A program made the translations under genes and the position numbers. The notes under the pieces were generated by a model, which ran no database searches, was not told the DNA's origin, and worked only from the letters and a program-made list of their open reading frames with translations. This document shows positions 1-6,211 of a stretch of 8,057 bases of DNA, piece after piece. How positions within the stretch are numbered: position 1 is the first letter of the stretch; the number at the start of each line of letters is the position of its first letter. The stretch is from the NCBI GenBank assembly GCA_964371145.1, contig CAYJKO010000005.1, positions 28,752 to 36,808 on the forward strand, given 5' to 3'. This DNA is from an uncultured Muribaculaceae bacterium. GTDB lineage: Bacteria > Pseudomonadota > Alphaproteobacteria > Rs-D84.

Positions 1-16
1 GGTGTTTTTTCTTAAA

Positions 17-92
17 TGGTGCCGGATACAAGATTCGAACTTGCGACCCCCTCATTACGAATGAGATGCTCTACCAACTGAGCTAACCCGGC
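17..92 (-). tRNA. tRNA-Thr (anticodon CGU), 76 nt, CCA encoded
   Basis: The reverse complement is GCCGGGTTAGCTCAGTTGGTAGAGCATCTCATTCGTAATGAGGGGGTCGCAAGTTCGAATCTTGTATCCGGCACCA. It folds by hand into a canonical cloverleaf: 7-bp acceptor stem (one G:U), GCTC/GAGC D stem, TCTCA/TGAGG anticodon stem with loop TTCGTAA (anticodon CGT), 5-nt variable loop, GCAAG/CTTGT T stem with TTCGAAT loop, A73 and CCA. Confidence 0.93.
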
Positions 93-101
93 ATGTTTCA
101 C

Positions 102-131
102 ATTATAATATTTAAAAACGCAATTATGCAA
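102..131 (-). promoter_or_regulatory. Candidate sigma70-type promoter for tRNA-Thr
   Basis: On the minus strand: TTGCAT (131-126), 18-bp spacer, TATAAT (107-102). The -10 ends 9 nt upstream of the mature tRNA 5' end. It lies in the 48-bp gap between the mnmG stop and the tRNA. Motif match only. Confidence 0.4.
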
Positions 132-140
132 GTGTGTTTT

Positions 141-1784
141 TTATTGTCGTAATTTTCGTAAAATTATCATAATTCCAGCCGGAGTCATCCCCGGAATACG
201 GGACAGGCTTGCCACATTTTCAGGACGCGTTTTTTCCAATTTTTCTATAATTTCATTTGTTAATCCCGGCAGGTTTTTATATTCAAATTTATTTGGAATT
301 TTTAAATTCATATCACGTTTATATGCGTCGATTTCTCGTTGGTTGCGCGCAATATATCCCGCATAAAATTTATCTGTTTCTAAAATTTTATTTTTTCGAA
401 ATTCGTATTTTTTTATTCTGTCATCTTCTGACAACAAATTTAATTTAACCGCCATATCCCCCAAACGCGCAATCGCGTTGTCACAACGCAAAGACAATCT
501 GTATTCTGCGCGGGATGTAAACATACGGTATGGTTCGTCCACACCCAATGTTGTGATGTCATCTATTAAAACACCTGTCATAGAATTTGTTCTGTCTAAA
601 TCCAATGTTGGTAAATTCAACGCATGTGCCGCGGCATTTGCGCCCGCAACCAAACCTTGGGCGGCGGCTTCTTCGTAACCGGATGTGCCGTTTATCTGTC
701 CCGCAAAAAATATTCCAGATACGTCCACAGATTCCAATGTTGATTTTAAACAACGTGCATCGATTGCATCATATTCTATTGCGTATCCGTATCTTTCGAT
801 TTTGCAATTTTCCAGCCCCGATATCGTGCGAATCCATTTATCTTGAATAGTGTCAGAATAAGAAGTTGATATTCCGTTCGGATAAACGATATCAGAATTG
901 ATACCTTCTGGTTCTATGAAAACGTGATGAGTTTTATGTTCTGGAAATCTCATTACTTTGTCTTCAATAGACGGGCAATAACGAGGACCTGTGCCACGAA
1001 TACCACCGTTATACATCGGCGCGAGATCCAAATTATCACGAATTATTTGATGAGTGTTTTCGTCGGTATGAGTAATGAAACAAGAAATTCTATCGGTATT
1101 TTCTTCAATTTTGTCAGAAAACCAATCGTGATTTTCGTCCGATGGCTGAATTTCCATATTTGTATAATCAATAGAATCTGCATATATGCGCGCGGGCGTT
1201 CCCGTTTTCAATCGCAATAATGAAAAGCCGGCCGATTGTAATGTTTTTGATATATTTGTATCGGCATCTTGATAAGTATTGTCATCGCACAGACGGCCTG
1301 ATTTTATTTTGTCGTCCCCACGATGAACCAATCCATTTAAAAAAGTCCCAGTCGTAATCACAATTGATTTTGCACAATATTTATTATTAATGACTTTTTT
1401 ATATAAATCTAAACTTTCGACCGTGTCATAAATAATTTCCAGATTTGGATAATTGTTTAAAACGTCCATCATATTATTATGATATTTTTGTCTGTCGATT
1501 TGAACCCGCAGCGCTTGTGTAGCGGCGCCGTGTGTTGCGTTTAATAATCTGAAATGAATCCCAGATTTATCGGCAACAATTGGCATAACGCCACCCAACG
1601 CATCTATTTCTGCGATTAATTGAGATTTTCCGGGGCCGCCAATACTTGGGTTACAAGACAGAGCGCCGATATCAGATTCTTTCATAGTAATCATAGCGGT
1701 GCGGCATCCACGACGAGCAGCGGCCGTTGCCGCCTCTGTCCCGGAATGTCCCGCACCTATAATGATTACATCAAATTCTTTCAT
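141..1784 (-). CDS. mnmG: tRNA uridine-5-carboxymethylaminomethyl modification enzyme MnmG (GidA), short form of 547 aa
   Basis: The ORF shows an N-terminal FAD dinucleotide fold (DVIIIGAGHSGTEAA) and SCNPSIGGPGK. It also carries the family-specific GTGPRYCPSIEDKVMRF, FFAGQINGTSGYEEAAAQG, EPYRMFTSRAEYRL and C-terminal IPGMTPAG motifs. GPRYCPSIEDK and the length distinguish it from the ~440-aa paralogue TrmFO. Confidence 0.93.
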   Translation of the reverse strand: MKEFDVIIIGAGHSGTEAATAAARRGCRTAMITMKESDIGALSCNPSIGGPGKSQLIAEIDALGGVMPIVADKSGIHFRLLNATHGAATQALRVQIDRQKYHNNMMDVLNNYPNLEIIYDTVESLDLYKKVINNKYCAKSIVITTGTFLNGLVHRGDDKIKSGRLCDDNTYQDADTNISKTLQSAGFSLLRLKTGTPARIYADSIDYTNMEIQPSDENHDWFSDKIEENTDRISCFITHTDENTHQIIRDNLDLAPMYNGGIRGTGPRYCPSIEDKVMRFPEHKTHHVFIEPEGINSDIVYPNGISTSYSDTIQDKWIRTISGLENCKIERYGYAIEYDAIDARCLKSTLESVDVSGIFFAGQINGTSGYEEAAAQGLVAGANAAAHALNLPTLDLDRTNSMTGVLIDDITTLGVDEPYRMFTSRAEYRLSLRCDNAIARLGDMAVKLNLLSEDDRIKKYEFRKNKILETDKFYAGYIARNQREIDAYKRDMNLKIPNKFEYKNLPGLTNEIIEKLEKTRPENVASLSRIPGMTPAGIMIILRKLRQ

Positions 1785-2512
1785 TAAAAACGACCCATTG
1801 CGCCATTAACGTGCAATGTTTGACCGTTTACATAACCGGCTTCCGTACTTGCAAGATAAACACAAGCATTTGCAATATCAGATGGTTCGCCAAAACGACC
1901 TGCTGGGATTTGTTTCATGTATGCTGCTTTTAATTCTTCTGGCAAAACATCTGTCATAGGTGTTTTGATAAATCCAGGAGCAATAGTGTTCGCAGTAATT
2001 CCACGTGCGCCAACTTCGGCTGCGATGGATTTAGTCATCGCAATCATACCGCCTTTGGATGCTGCGTAATTTGTTTGGCCCGGGCCCCCGATTGCGCCAA
2101 TAATAGATGCCATATTTATAATACGACCAAAACGATTTTTCATCATAGGCATAATTGCCGCGCGACACATTTTAAAAGTAGAACGTAAATTTGTGTTAAT
2201 AACATCATCAAATTGTTCGTCCGTCATACGCATCATTAATGTGTCTTTTGTGATACCCGCGTTATTAATTAAAATATCCAATCCGCCGGCCATTTCAATG
2301 GTTTTTGCAATTAATTCATCCGCACCTTTGTCGGCTGATAAATCGGCTGGGATTTTGATAAAAGAATCATCAAATTCAGCATTTAATTTATCCATTGAAC
2401 GACCCGTTACAACAACGGTTGCGCCCGCCAATTTCATTTGTTTTGCAATTGCAATTCCGATACCACCTGTTGCACCTGTTACTAATGCGATTTTATCATT
2501 TAATTCAAACAT
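1784..2512 (-). CDS. fabG: 3-oxoacyl-[acyl-carrier-protein] reductase FabG (SDR family)
   Basis: 242 aa. It has the TGATGGIG Rossmann motif, NNAG, and the catalytic Ser...YxxxK (NYAASK). It sits immediately downstream of fabD. The SD-like AGGAAAG lies upstream of the ATG. The stop overlaps the mnmG start as TAATG. Confidence 0.9.
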   Translation of the reverse strand: MFELNDKIALVTGATGGIGIAIAKQMKLAGATVVVTGRSMDKLNAEFDDSFIKIPADLSADKGADELIAKTIEMAGGLDILINNAGITKDTLMMRMTDEQFDDVINTNLRSTFKMCRAAIMPMMKNRFGRIINMASIIGAIGGPGQTNYAASKGGMIAMTKSIAAEVGARGITANTIAPGFIKTPMTDVLPEELKAAYMKQIPAGRFGEPSDIANACVYLASTEAGYVNGQTLHVNGAMGRF

Positions 2513-2532
2513 ATTTTTTCTTTCCTTTGTTT

Positions 2533-3432
2533 TTATATTTCTAATTTTTTAGCTGTCATGCTTGGTGCGTTTCTTGGTGTCATACCTGTTAAAACTGCGC
2601 CTGGGCCGCATTCAATAGTTTCTGTTATTCCCAATCCTGAAAAAGCAATTACAGATTCTCTCCAACGTACCCCGTGTGTAATTTGATAAACCAACGCGTC
2701 TTTGATTTCGTTTACATCTGTCATAGGCGCGCAAGTTTTATTTGAAATCAAAGCCGCACCGGGTGTTTTAATTTCAATTTTATCCAATGCGTCTTTCATT
2801 TGAATAGCAACAGGTGCCATCAATCTGGAATGAGGCGGTACAGACAACGGCAATAACATTGCGCGTTTTGCGCCGGCCGATTTTGCCAATTCCATTGCAA
2901 TTTCAATCGCCGGTTTTGAACCTGATATAACAACCTGGCCTGGGCAATTATCATTTGCAATATCGCATACAAAATTATCGCCGGCGGATTTTTCAGCTGT
3001 CATGCAAATGTCTTTTAATGCGTCAATATCCAATCCCATAATAACCGCCATAGCGCCCTGTCCAACTGGTACGGCTGTTTGCATAGATTCCCCGCGCAGG
3101 CGTAATAATTTTGCAGTGTCCGCCAAAGATATCGCGCCCGCTGCACAAAGAGCCGTATATTCGCCCAATGAATGCCCTGCAACATATTCAGTCAAAGGAA
3201 CGTTTGCAACTCGAAACATAGCAATGGATGTCGCCATAATCGCAGGTTGTACATTTGCGGTCATTGTTAATTCATCCAACGGGCCGTTGAAAATAATGTC
3301 TGATAATTTAAAACCCAATGCATCGTCAACTTCGTTAAAAACGTCGCGCGCAATTTGGTGGTTATCATATAAATCTTTACCCATTCCAACAGATTGACTG
3401 CCCTGACCTGGGAAAATTAAAATAGATGACAT
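2533..3432 (-). CDS. fabD: Malonyl-CoA:ACP transacylase FabD
   Basis: 299 aa. It has FPGQGSQ near the N-terminus, the active-site GHSLGEY nucleophile elbow, and the typical length. An AAGGA SD lies 6 nt upstream of the ATG. Confidence 0.94.
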   Translation of the reverse strand: MSSILIFPGQGSQSVGMGKDLYDNHQIARDVFNEVDDALGFKLSDIIFNGPLDELTMTANVQPAIMATSIAMFRVANVPLTEYVAGHSLGEYTALCAAGAISLADTAKLLRLRGESMQTAVPVGQGAMAVIMGLDIDALKDICMTAEKSAGDNFVCDIANDNCPGQVVISGSKPAIEIAMELAKSAGAKRAMLLPLSVPPHSRLMAPVAIQMKDALDKIEIKTPGAALISNKTCAPMTDVNEIKDALVYQITHGVRWRESVIAFSGLGITETIECGPGAVLTGMTPRNAPSMTAKKLEI

Positions 3433-3465
3433 GTTTAATCCTTTCTTTTTATTAAGTTCACGTGA

Positions 3466-3494
3466 ATTATAATATGTTTGTTTTGCACAATCAA
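3466..3494 (-). promoter_or_regulatory. Candidate sigma70-type promoter for fabD-fabG-mnmG
   Basis: On the minus strand: TTGATT (3494-3489), 17-bp spacer, TATAAT (3471-3466). It lies in the 65-bp gap between the queH stop and the fabD start. Motif match only. Confidence 0.5.
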
Positions 3495-3497
3495 ATT

Positions 3498-4040
3498 TTA
3501 TTTAGCTTTACTGAATTCGCAACCGCAATAATTTTGGCGATAAAAATCTTGGTCTTTTGCGACCGTATTTTTGACTTTTTCATCCCAATTAACCGGTAAA
3601 TATGATATTTTTGTTAAAACGGATGCAGCGGCCACATCGACTTGTGGTTGTGATTTATGGCGAGATATTCCCAAAACCGAACATATCGCATTATATCCAT
3701 TTTTATTTGCCCAAATTTGCGCACGGCGAAAACGAAAACGAAAACATTTTGAACATCTGTTTCCACGTTCAGGTTCTGATTCGTCCCCTGCAATTTCGGA
3801 CAACCAATCTTCGTGATTGTATTCTAATTCAATGTGTTTAACACCCATGTCATCACAAAAACGAATTTGTTCATCACGTCTTTTTTCATATTCGTATTCG
3901 GGATAAATATTCGGGTTATAAAACATAACAACGAAATCGTCGATGTTTGGAATGTCTCCGTTTAATAATTGCAAAATAGCCCCACCAGAACACGGCGCAC
4001 AACAAGACAATAAAACAAGTTTTAATTTATTATTTTGCAT
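3498..4040 (-). CDS. queH: Epoxyqueuosine reductase QueH (DUF208 family)
   Basis: 180 aa. It has the N-terminal CCAPCS motif, FYNPNI.P..EY, a central RCxxC and a C-terminal YRQNYCGCEFS. This cysteine pattern is characteristic of QueH, the cobalamin-independent epoxyqueuosine reductase. Confidence 0.85.
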   Translation of the reverse strand: MQNNKLKLVLLSCCAPCSGGAILQLLNGDIPNIDDFVVMFYNPNIYPEYEYEKRRDEQIRFCDDMGVKHIELEYNHEDWLSEIAGDESEPERGNRCSKCFRFRFRRAQIWANKNGYNAICSVLGISRHKSQPQVDVAAASVLTKISYLPVNWDEKVKNTVAKDQDFYRQNYCGCEFSKAK

Positions 4041-5697
4041 TTTTAAATTCGGCTGAACTTTCTGTTTTTATACGTTCGATCATTTCATCGTCAATTCTGT
4101 CGAATAAATTTTCAGGTATTGTAAAAGATGCACCATTTTCAATTCTGCGTTCGTATTCTGTTGGCCATGATAAATCAAATTTTGTCCCGAAAATATTTTG
4201 AATTTTTGCGGCAGTGTTTGGCATAAATGGTGCGCACGCACGACCAAAAAATTCTATCATTTGAAAACATTCATTTAATACAGATTTTGCTTCGTCAATT
4301 TTACCGTCTTTGAGCAACGACCAAGGGGCAAAGTCTGACATAAATTCATTCGCGGTTGCCCACATAGAACGCAAAGCAAAAGCCGCACGACGGAATTCAC
4401 ATTTTTCTAACCCATCTGTTAATTCAGATAATAATTCATTTAATTTTTTATTAACATCATCAAATTTTGAATTTGACGTCGGCACATTTAAACCGAAATT
4501 TTTATCCGTTAATTTTGTAACACGAGAAATAAAATTACCCAACAATCCATTTAAATCTTTGTTTACAATATCTGCAAAACGACTTGCTGTAAAATCGCTG
4601 TCATCTGTTTCTGGTGCAGATGATATAAGCGCATAACGCCAAACGTCTGACGATGCATAATTTAATGCGTCGGATAAAAATACACCATTTCCTTTTGATT
4701 TAGAAATTTTGTTTCCTTCGAAATTCATAAAATTCAAAGCTTTTAAAACATCAACTGTTTTAAAGTCGCGCGCCGGCAAAGCCAATTGTTGCGCCGGGAA
4801 TAAAACAGAATGGAATGACACGTTATCTTTACCCATAAACTGAACATATTTGGTGTCCATATCTTTCCACCAATTTGCCCAGTTATCTGTTGCGCATTGT
4901 GAAATGGATACATATCCCCATGGTGCATCAAACCAAACATAGAAAACTTTGTCTTCGTATCCCGGTTTGTTGACCGGAATTCCAAACGGTAAATCACGAG
5001 TAATCGGTGTGTCTTGTAAACCCTCACTCATCCATTTTTTAGCAATAGATGTCGCAGTCTTTGGCCAACCCGTACGACTGTCTAACCAGCTTTGTAATTT
5101 GTCGGTTAATTTTGAATATAGAAAATACAAATGTTTTGTATCGCGAAATTCTATGTTGTGACTGTTTGAAATTATAGAATACGGATTTATTAAATCAATC
5201 GCATCTAATAATTCACCGCATTTTTCACATTGATCTCCGTCGGCTGCATCATATCCGCATTTTGGGCAAGTCCCCTTAATCTGACGATCTGCTAAAAACA
5301 TATTGTCGTCCACAGAAAACGGTTGTTTCATAACTCGTTCTTCTATTAATCCCGCATTATCCCATTGTGTAAATAAAGATTGCACCAATTCGGTTTGTTG
5401 TTGCGTGTGTGTGCGTCCATATAAATCAAAAGATAAATCAAAATTTTGAACGTCATTTAAATGTTTTGCATAATATTTATTATTGTATTCTTCGACAGAA
5501 ATCCCCTCTTTCATAGCGCCAACGATACTTGGGGTTCCGTGTTCGTCTGCGCCAGATACGAATAATACATCGCGGCCCATTGCGCGGTTAAAACGTGCAT
5601 AAATGTCGGACGGTAATAAACATCCGACAAAATGTCCGATATGTAATTCGCCGTTAACATACGGCAATGCAGAAGTAATAAGAATTTTGTTCGTCAT
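4030..5697 (-). CDS. metG: Methionine--tRNA ligase (MetRS), 555 aa, without a long C-terminal appended domain
   Basis: It has the class I HIGH motif (HIGHFVG), the KMSKS motif (KISKSKG) and a zinc knuckle CPKCG...CEKCG in the connective peptide. Overall MetRS-like sequence is present (ALPYVNGELHIGH, WFDAPWGY). Confidence 0.96.
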   Translation of the reverse strand: MTNKILITSALPYVNGELHIGHFVGCLLPSDIYARFNRAMGRDVLFVSGADEHGTPSIVGAMKEGISVEEYNNKYYAKHLNDVQNFDLSFDLYGRTHTQQQTELVQSLFTQWDNAGLIEERVMKQPFSVDDNMFLADRQIKGTCPKCGYDAADGDQCEKCGELLDAIDLINPYSIISNSHNIEFRDTKHLYFLYSKLTDKLQSWLDSRTGWPKTATSIAKKWMSEGLQDTPITRDLPFGIPVNKPGYEDKVFYVWFDAPWGYVSISQCATDNWANWWKDMDTKYVQFMGKDNVSFHSVLFPAQQLALPARDFKTVDVLKALNFMNFEGNKISKSKGNGVFLSDALNYASSDVWRYALISSAPETDDSDFTASRFADIVNKDLNGLLGNFISRVTKLTDKNFGLNVPTSNSKFDDVNKKLNELLSELTDGLEKCEFRRAAFALRSMWATANEFMSDFAPWSLLKDGKIDEAKSVLNECFQMIEFFGRACAPFMPNTAAKIQNIFGTKFDLSWPTEYERRIENGASFTIPENLFDRIDDEMIERIKTESSAEFKNAK

Positions 5698-5734
5698 ACG
5701 TTTTATCTTTTTTGTTTTATTAAATTAGACATTA

Positions 5735-5762
5735 ATTATATCGCAAAAAAAACAAAAATCAA
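5735..5762 (-). promoter_or_regulatory. Candidate sigma70-type promoter for metG-queH
   Basis: On the minus strand: TTGATT (5762-5757), 16-bp spacer, TATAAT (5740-5735). It lies about 38 nt upstream of the metG ATG. The leader is A-rich with no clear GGAG-type SD. Confidence 0.45.
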
Positions 5763-5869
5763 ATATGTGATAAAAATAAAAACCGTTATAATTCACTTCG
5801 TAACTCGCGAAAGCCTCGTCAACTTCGTATCGAACCAACGGTTCTCGCACATTGATTAACCACGGGTTC

Positions 5870-5896
5870 AAAAAAAATATCCCAAACGGGATATTT
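5870..5896 (-). terminator. Rho-independent terminator, repeat copy B
   Basis: On the minus strand: AAATATCCC-GTTT-GGGATATTT, running into a tract of 8 T in total. This gives a 9-bp stem, a 4-nt loop and a U tail. It is identical to the terminator at 6050-6076. Confidence 0.6.
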
Positions 5897-5905
5897 CTTT
5901 TAAAC

Positions 5906-5922
5906 TGGTGGGTGATATTGGG
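5906..5922 (-). other. Orphan 17-nt duplicate of the tRNA-Val 3' end (T-stem 3' strand, acceptor 3' strand, A73, CCA) with no matching tRNA body
   Basis: On the minus strand it reads CCCAATATCACCCACCA, identical to 6102-6086. No GGGTGAT 5' acceptor strand, D arm or anticodon arm lies upstream of it. Confidence 0.8.
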
Positions 5923-5968
5923 TTGTAATTCCCACCAATAAATTGGCGGGTCCCTTTCCCCTGCGTAA

Positions 5969-6000
5969 TAATTTGAACAGCATTTCATTTGTTCAAATTA
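5969..6000. repeat. Perfect 11-bp inverted repeat with a 10-nt spacer
   Basis: TAATTTGAACA (5969-5979), then gcatttcatt, then TGTTCAAATTA (5990-6000). It lies inside the 88-bp unique segment between the two 92-bp repeat copies. Confidence 0.9.
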
Positions 6001-6010
6001 ACTTTCGGGA

Positions 6011-6102
6011 CGAACCAACGGTTCTTGCACATTGATTAACCACGGGTTCAAAAAAAATATCCCAAACGGGATATTTCTTTTAAACTGGTGGGTGATATTG
6101 GG
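6011..6102 (-). repeat. Direct repeat copy A (92 bp), overlapping the last 17 nt of tRNA-Val and its terminator
   Basis: See copy B. Positions 6086-6102 are the genuine 3' end of tRNA-Val. Confidence 0.95.
6050..6076 (-). terminator. Rho-independent terminator of tRNA-Val
   Basis: This is the same AAATATCCC-GTTT-GGGATATTT hairpin with a T tract. It starts 9 nt after the CCA end of tRNA-Val. Confidence 0.7.
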
Positions 6103-6162
6103 CTCGAACCAACGACCTCTACGATGTCAACGTAACGCTCTAGCCAACTGAGCTAATCACCC
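6086..6162 (-). tRNA. tRNA-Val (anticodon GAC), 77 nt, CCA encoded
   Basis: The reverse complement is GGGTGATTAGCTCAGTTGGCTAGAGCGTTACGTTGACATCGTAGAGGTCGTTGGTTCGAGCCCAATATCACCCACCA. The cloverleaf has a GGGTGAT/ATCACCC acceptor stem, GCTC/GAGC D stem, TTACG/CGTAG anticodon stem with loop TTGACAT (anticodon GAC), variable loop AGGTC, GTTGG/CCAAT T stem with TTCGAGC loop, A73 and CCA. Confidence 0.93.
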
Positions 6163-6176
6163 AAAGAACAAAACAG

Positions 6177-6204
6177 ATTATAACAAAATCTTATGTCTTT
6201 GCAA
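6177..6204 (-). promoter_or_regulatory. Candidate sigma70-type promoter for tRNA-Val
   Basis: On the minus strand: TTGCAA (6204-6199), 16-bp spacer, TATAAT (6182-6177). The -10 ends 14 nt upstream of the mature tRNA 5' end. It lies in the 49-bp gap after the infC stop. Confidence 0.5.
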
Positions 6205-6211
6205 TTGTTTT

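Larger units (their letters stand above)
5831..5922 (-). repeat. Direct repeat copy B (92 bp), containing an orphan copy of the tRNA-Val 3' end plus a terminator
   Basis: It matches 6011-6102 at 91 of 92 positions at a fixed offset of 180 bp. The single mismatch is C at 5846 versus T at 6026. Confidence 0.95.

Noticed and set aside
1-16. GGTGTTTTTT at the window edge, considered as half of a (bidirectional) terminator downstream of tRNA-Thr
   Set aside because: The partner arm would lie outside the window, so no hairpin can be verified.
5725-5988. 87-aa minus-strand ORF from the track (MKCCSNYYAGERD...)
   Set aside because: Its ATG lies in the loop of the 11-bp palindrome and has no SD. It reads through the orphan tRNA 3' end, a terminator hairpin and the predicted metG promoter. 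The sequence is aromatic-rich and of low plausibility, with no recognisable motif. It is most likely a chance ORF in non-coding DNA.
5969-6000. Palindrome considered as an intrinsic terminator or a GTTC-N7-GTTC type SOS box
   Set aside because: The stem is entirely AT-rich apart from two G:C pairs and no U tract follows on either strand, so it is a weak terminator at best. The GAAC/GTTC half-sites are inverted with 12-nt spacing, not direct repeats with 7-nt spacing.
5923-6010. 88-bp insert considered as a MITE, IS remnant or tRNA intron
   Set aside because: It has no terminal inverted repeats and no target-site duplication. There is no group I or II intron core, and the segment is far too short for one. 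There is also no intact tRNA body upstream for it to interrupt.
6011-6050. Second tRNA gene suggested by the CGTTGGTTCG T-arm-like motif after the tRNA-Val terminator
   Set aside because: The 48 nt upstream of the motif overlap the terminator T tract. They cannot form acceptor, D or anticodon arms, so only the 10-mer resembles a tRNA.
5763-6085. Two-piece (circularly permuted) tmRNA, suggested by an isolated T-arm/ACCA-like 3' end
   Set aside because: The acceptor sequence is a copy of tRNA-Val with no G3:U70 alanine identity. No frame encodes a tag ending in the usual hydrophobic ...AA-stop pattern. No matching 5' acceptor strand is present.
5831-6102. Two repeats flanking a unique spacer, considered as a mini CRISPR array
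   Set aside because: The repeats are 92 bp, far longer than CRISPR repeats. There are only two copies, they include a tRNA 3' end and a terminator, the spacer is 88 bp, and no cas genes or leader are present.
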